Below, one piece after another: positions 60,493 through 64,000 of a DNA stretch of 64,000 nt; position 1 is the first letter of the stretch, and every line of letters begins with the position of its first letter. Below the pieces are notes generated by a model. It was not told where the DNA came from. It ran no database searches and was given only the letters and a program-made list of their open reading frames with translations. Source of the DNA: Cenococcum geophilum (lineage: Eukaryota); NCBI GenBank assembly GCA_050273025.1, contig CP158635.1, positions 29,636,001 through 29,700,000 of the forward strand, read 5' to 3'. The translations under genes and the position numbers were made by a program.

Positions 60493-61949
60493 AATATCTT
60501 ATCTACTAATTTACCTCTTATAGTAACCTAAATATTTATAAGGTTTCTTTAGATAGCGAATTTTTAAATAGCGGCAAAGATAAAGATCTTAATAACGCCG
60601 ACTCTTATAATCTCCACAGCCCTCGCAATCTCTGCAGCCCTTACAATCTCCATAGTACTACGAATATAAATAAGCGCCTTCCTATCCAAGTGCCGTTAGC
60701 GAATAAATAGTACACTCTAAAAGCTGGTGTTTAGGAGAATATAAAGGAAAGCCGCCAGCGGATATTAACACACGTTTAGAATATTAAGGGTAGCTTTAGT
60801 AAGCTACGTAACCTGTTATGTGCTCTATATAAGAAGCATGGCCACGAATATCGCGTTTACAAGAAGGACTCTAGGCCTTATTTTAGGGGTGCGTGTTTAA
60901 GATATTATATAGGTAGTAGGTTGTGCGGAAAGGTACGTACTAATAGTATACTATTATTCTGTTAGCTAATACGCGTATAGGAAAGTTTACTAGATCTAGA
61001 GCTAGTTATACCTTAGCGCAAAAAACGTGCGAAGTTAGCTTCTGTTAATAGTCCAGCTGAAACGCCTACTAAGAAGGTATAATATCCGCGTGTTAATAAT
61101 ACGGATATTGCTAATATCCGTATAGCTTTATTCTCGCACTATCCCCACCTGCGCCACTATACCTCCCCCCACCAAGACCTTCCCTCCTATTAAGACTCCT
61201 ACTCATAGTAGTATGCGCGGCTGTAGAGGCACCTGCTTTACCGCTGCTCCTCTAACTCTTTTACTAATTACTAGCACGCTAGGTGCTGCTATTGCTGCTG
61301 CCGCTTCCGCTAGCACGGAATCTGTTAGGGTATATTTAGTAATCGCTGTTTTTGCGCGCGTTAATATAGTTTGTAAATAGGTAATTAATATAGCAAAAGA
61401 TGTTTAAGCTATAGATTGCTAGTTTAGTAAGTTTAAAGATTCTCTAAGTAAGATAAAGGATAAGCTTGCGTTCCTAAGGCGTGGTGTTATTACGCTTGTA
61501 CGTAATACTAGGCTACTAGATATTGAATATAGGTAGATATAAGTTAGCTATTGCTGCGGGCTGGCTGTTATTGCTAGTTTACGATAATAAAATAGTAGCT
61601 TATACCTTTTTGCTACTATATACGTAGGAATTAAGTCTCTGCCTTATATTTAATAGATATACTTAATTAATATTATAATATCCGTATAAGCTAAGATAAC
61701 GATATCCGCGTAAGCTAATATGAAGATATCCGTATAAGCTAAGATATAGATATTTATATATTTACACTACAAAATAGCCTACTATTACGTTATATACTAC
61801 GCACTAAGAAGATTATACGCTAGCTAGAGTTAATATTAATAAAAAGAACTCGATTAATATATTAAGATAGAAACGTACTAAAAGCCTAAGCATTTAAAAG
61901 TCCTCTGGTATATTATCCGTAGCCTTATCAAATCCGTCCTTATAAGGGT

Positions 61950-64000
61950 TGTATAGTAAACCGCTAATATAAGACATCCGTATATTAAAATCAGTAATGC
62001 TGCTCTGTAAGAGCCGCTCTAATCTAAGTTAAAGAATAATAGGTGCTTTAAACCTAATGTCCTATATACGCTAATATATAATAGAAGTATATCCGCAATT
62101 AAAACAATATATTACTATTACTCTTAGCATTTATTAAGCAACTTATATACTAACTATTATATACATTAGTAGAGGTATAGGTGTAATATTAGGACAACAA
62201 ACTATATAAATATATTTAGCAGCTTCCCCTAGTACCTCTATATTCTCATTAGCATTACTAAAGCTGTATATAAGGGGATTAAATGGCAAACCGGCTGCAG
62301 TTAATAGAAAGGCGTTAAATATATTTACGCCGTCCTTTGTAAGTTTCTTATATCCACGCTATAGAAGCGAAGGAGCCTTAAAATCCGTTAAGCGCCGCGC
62401 ATATTATATGATTAAATCCTTCCTGATTTAATCTGTAAGATAGCGGATATCTAGCGCTGGAGACTTAGTTGTATGTTTACTGTTTATACGTTTACCAAAT
62501 ATACGCTTAAAAATATCGCGGAGCGCGCTAGTGTAACTTATTATAAGAACACTCCATTTAAATAGCTCATCTATACTAAACGTTGAATTCCCGCGCGTTT
62601 AGAGCAACTCCTTAAGTTAAAGATTTAGCAGTTTATTAAGGCGATCCGTCTTAAAGAAGCTATCTAGCTGCCCTTAGAGGTTAACTAAACTATTAGTAAG
62701 GATAGCCTGTTAAAGCACTAGATTATAAGCACTTATTTTAACTAGTCGCTATAGGATCAGTATATTATATGTATAGTTCTTTAATAAGCTTCTAGTAAAG
62801 TATAAGCAAAGGTAGGAGATTATACGCTTTAGTAGTCTAATATCCGTATACTTAATGGCATATTTTAGAAGCTTATAAGTATTAATAACCTATAGGAACC
62901 GGATATAATTGAAGAACTCTATATTATAGTTATTAGCGGCGGAGCTTAATGTACCTATAGAGGACGACGTCGCTACTAGCTAATGTGCGTTAGTAGGTGG
63001 CTCTAAGCGCTAATTTGCATCGCGGTATATATCTCTTAAAAAAGCTGCTGTGCGGATATCCTTAATATGCTCTAGAAATTGCTGCGGAGATAGGTTTTAT
63101 ATATATTGCTTAGCCTTACCATCTGCCTTAATGTTATACTTATTGCGGATATAGAGTAGGAATAACGTAATAATATAAGCGTTAAAGCTTTAGAGGATTA
63201 GCTCTTCTATATAATAAAACGGGGCCTTTTCCCTAGGAATATTGCGCCGTCCTAGGTGGTTTATATAGGCGTAAAGCGCTAAAAACTGCTGCGTGGCTTC
63301 CTTACCCCCATAGAACGTATACATAATTATATATAGAAAGTTTAATTGTATATACTATAGCCCTAGAATAGGCAATACCCACTTATAGCTATTATACGCA
63401 CCTTCCGCCTTAACCCGCTCCTCTTTATATAATTAGATAAGCTTTACGGTTTTCTAATCTCCGTATACTAGGAAAAGCCAGTTATTAAAAGTGGTTTTGT
63501 GATTATACTACAGTTGTTTTAGGAAGATATTCTCTATTACGCGATAGTTGCCGTTAATAGAAGCCTTATTATCTAGAATAGGTCCTAGAGTTATATGCTC
63601 TGTCCTTCTATAAGGGAGAATATTAACTACTGGTATACGCAGATATTTAATATTCGCGTTAGAGTTAAATATGCTATTAACTGTAGTAGAATATGTATAT
63701 CGGATGGCGTCCGTAATAAAACTTATAGATATCTACTTCTAAAGGTTATTAAACTTATTCCTAGCTATATTAACAACCTTATCTAGCTTAAGTTAACGGG
63801 TGTTATTTAGCATCGACTGCTTAAGGCCCCCTTTAGGTATACAGACTCCGCGTAAAATCTTTCCCATAGTATGCGAATTAAACTCGCTAATTTCGCCGAT
63901 AACCTAATATTAAGTCTTTTAGTAATAGTTAAAGTTATTATAGACAATATAGACATTATTATAAATAGATAGAGACTTAATTAGTTTCTTAAGGGTTATT
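61950..64000 (-). pseudogene. Academ/DUF6589-type DDE transposase (RIP-dead); 5' part lies outside the window
   Basis: Reverted motifs IVYDNFD (~63935), VYGDQKTV (~63455), WVLPIPGLWH (~63365), NSLVNLQG...FFETDRLNE (~62640-62695). Confidence 0.8.

Larger units (their letters stand above)
56860..61536 (+). pseudogene. Zn(II)2Cys6-cluster gene, copy 2; an intron is interrupted by element F
   Basis: ATG at 56860; cluster at 60819-60926 with spacing C-x2-C-x6-C-x14-C-x2-C-x6-C (three Cys intact, three as TAT). Confidence 0.7.
33000..64000. mobile_element. Putative AcademH-type DNA transposon (convergent helicase and transposase genes); left end approximate, right end beyond the window
   Basis: RecQ-like helicase (+) and Academ-type transposase (-) joined by a continuous backbone once four TSD-bounded LTR insertions are removed; shared CGGATAT motif throughout. 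Confidence 0.7.

Noticed and set aside
23040..64000. Starship giant element
   Set aside because: No DUF3435 tyrosine-recombinase captain or typical accessory genes recognised

Overview
Eukaryotic DNA from a filamentous ascomycete with strong RIP (CpA>TpA / TpG>TpA) isochores. A GC-balanced gene tail (1-~1300) is followed by a ~21.7 kb RIP-ruined nest of transposons. This nest holds a Fot1/pogo element split by a Tad1-like LINE, an ORF1-only poly(A) retrocopy, three nested chromoviral Gypsy elements, a Helitron fragment, a Tc1/mariner MITE and tiny solo LTRs. Next is a ~7 kb gene island: an 8-exon alpha/beta-hydrolase + ZZ-finger gene, an RNase H pseudogene, a Zn-cluster remnant, and proteasome beta5/PRE2 with a GC-AG intron. 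A young TRIM sits at 32009-32878. From ~33 kb to the end lies what I read as one RIP-degenerate AcademH-type DNA transposon (RecQ-like helicase on +, Academ/DUF6589-type transposase on -), interrupted by four TSD-bounded LTR elements. Its backbone carries a tandemly duplicated Zn(II)2Cys6 gene and ~34 dispersed CGGATAT sites; this pairing is the most interesting signal and suggests a transposon-encoded, self-targeting DNA-binding system. All TE protein calls come from by-eye translation with RIP reversion, not database searches.
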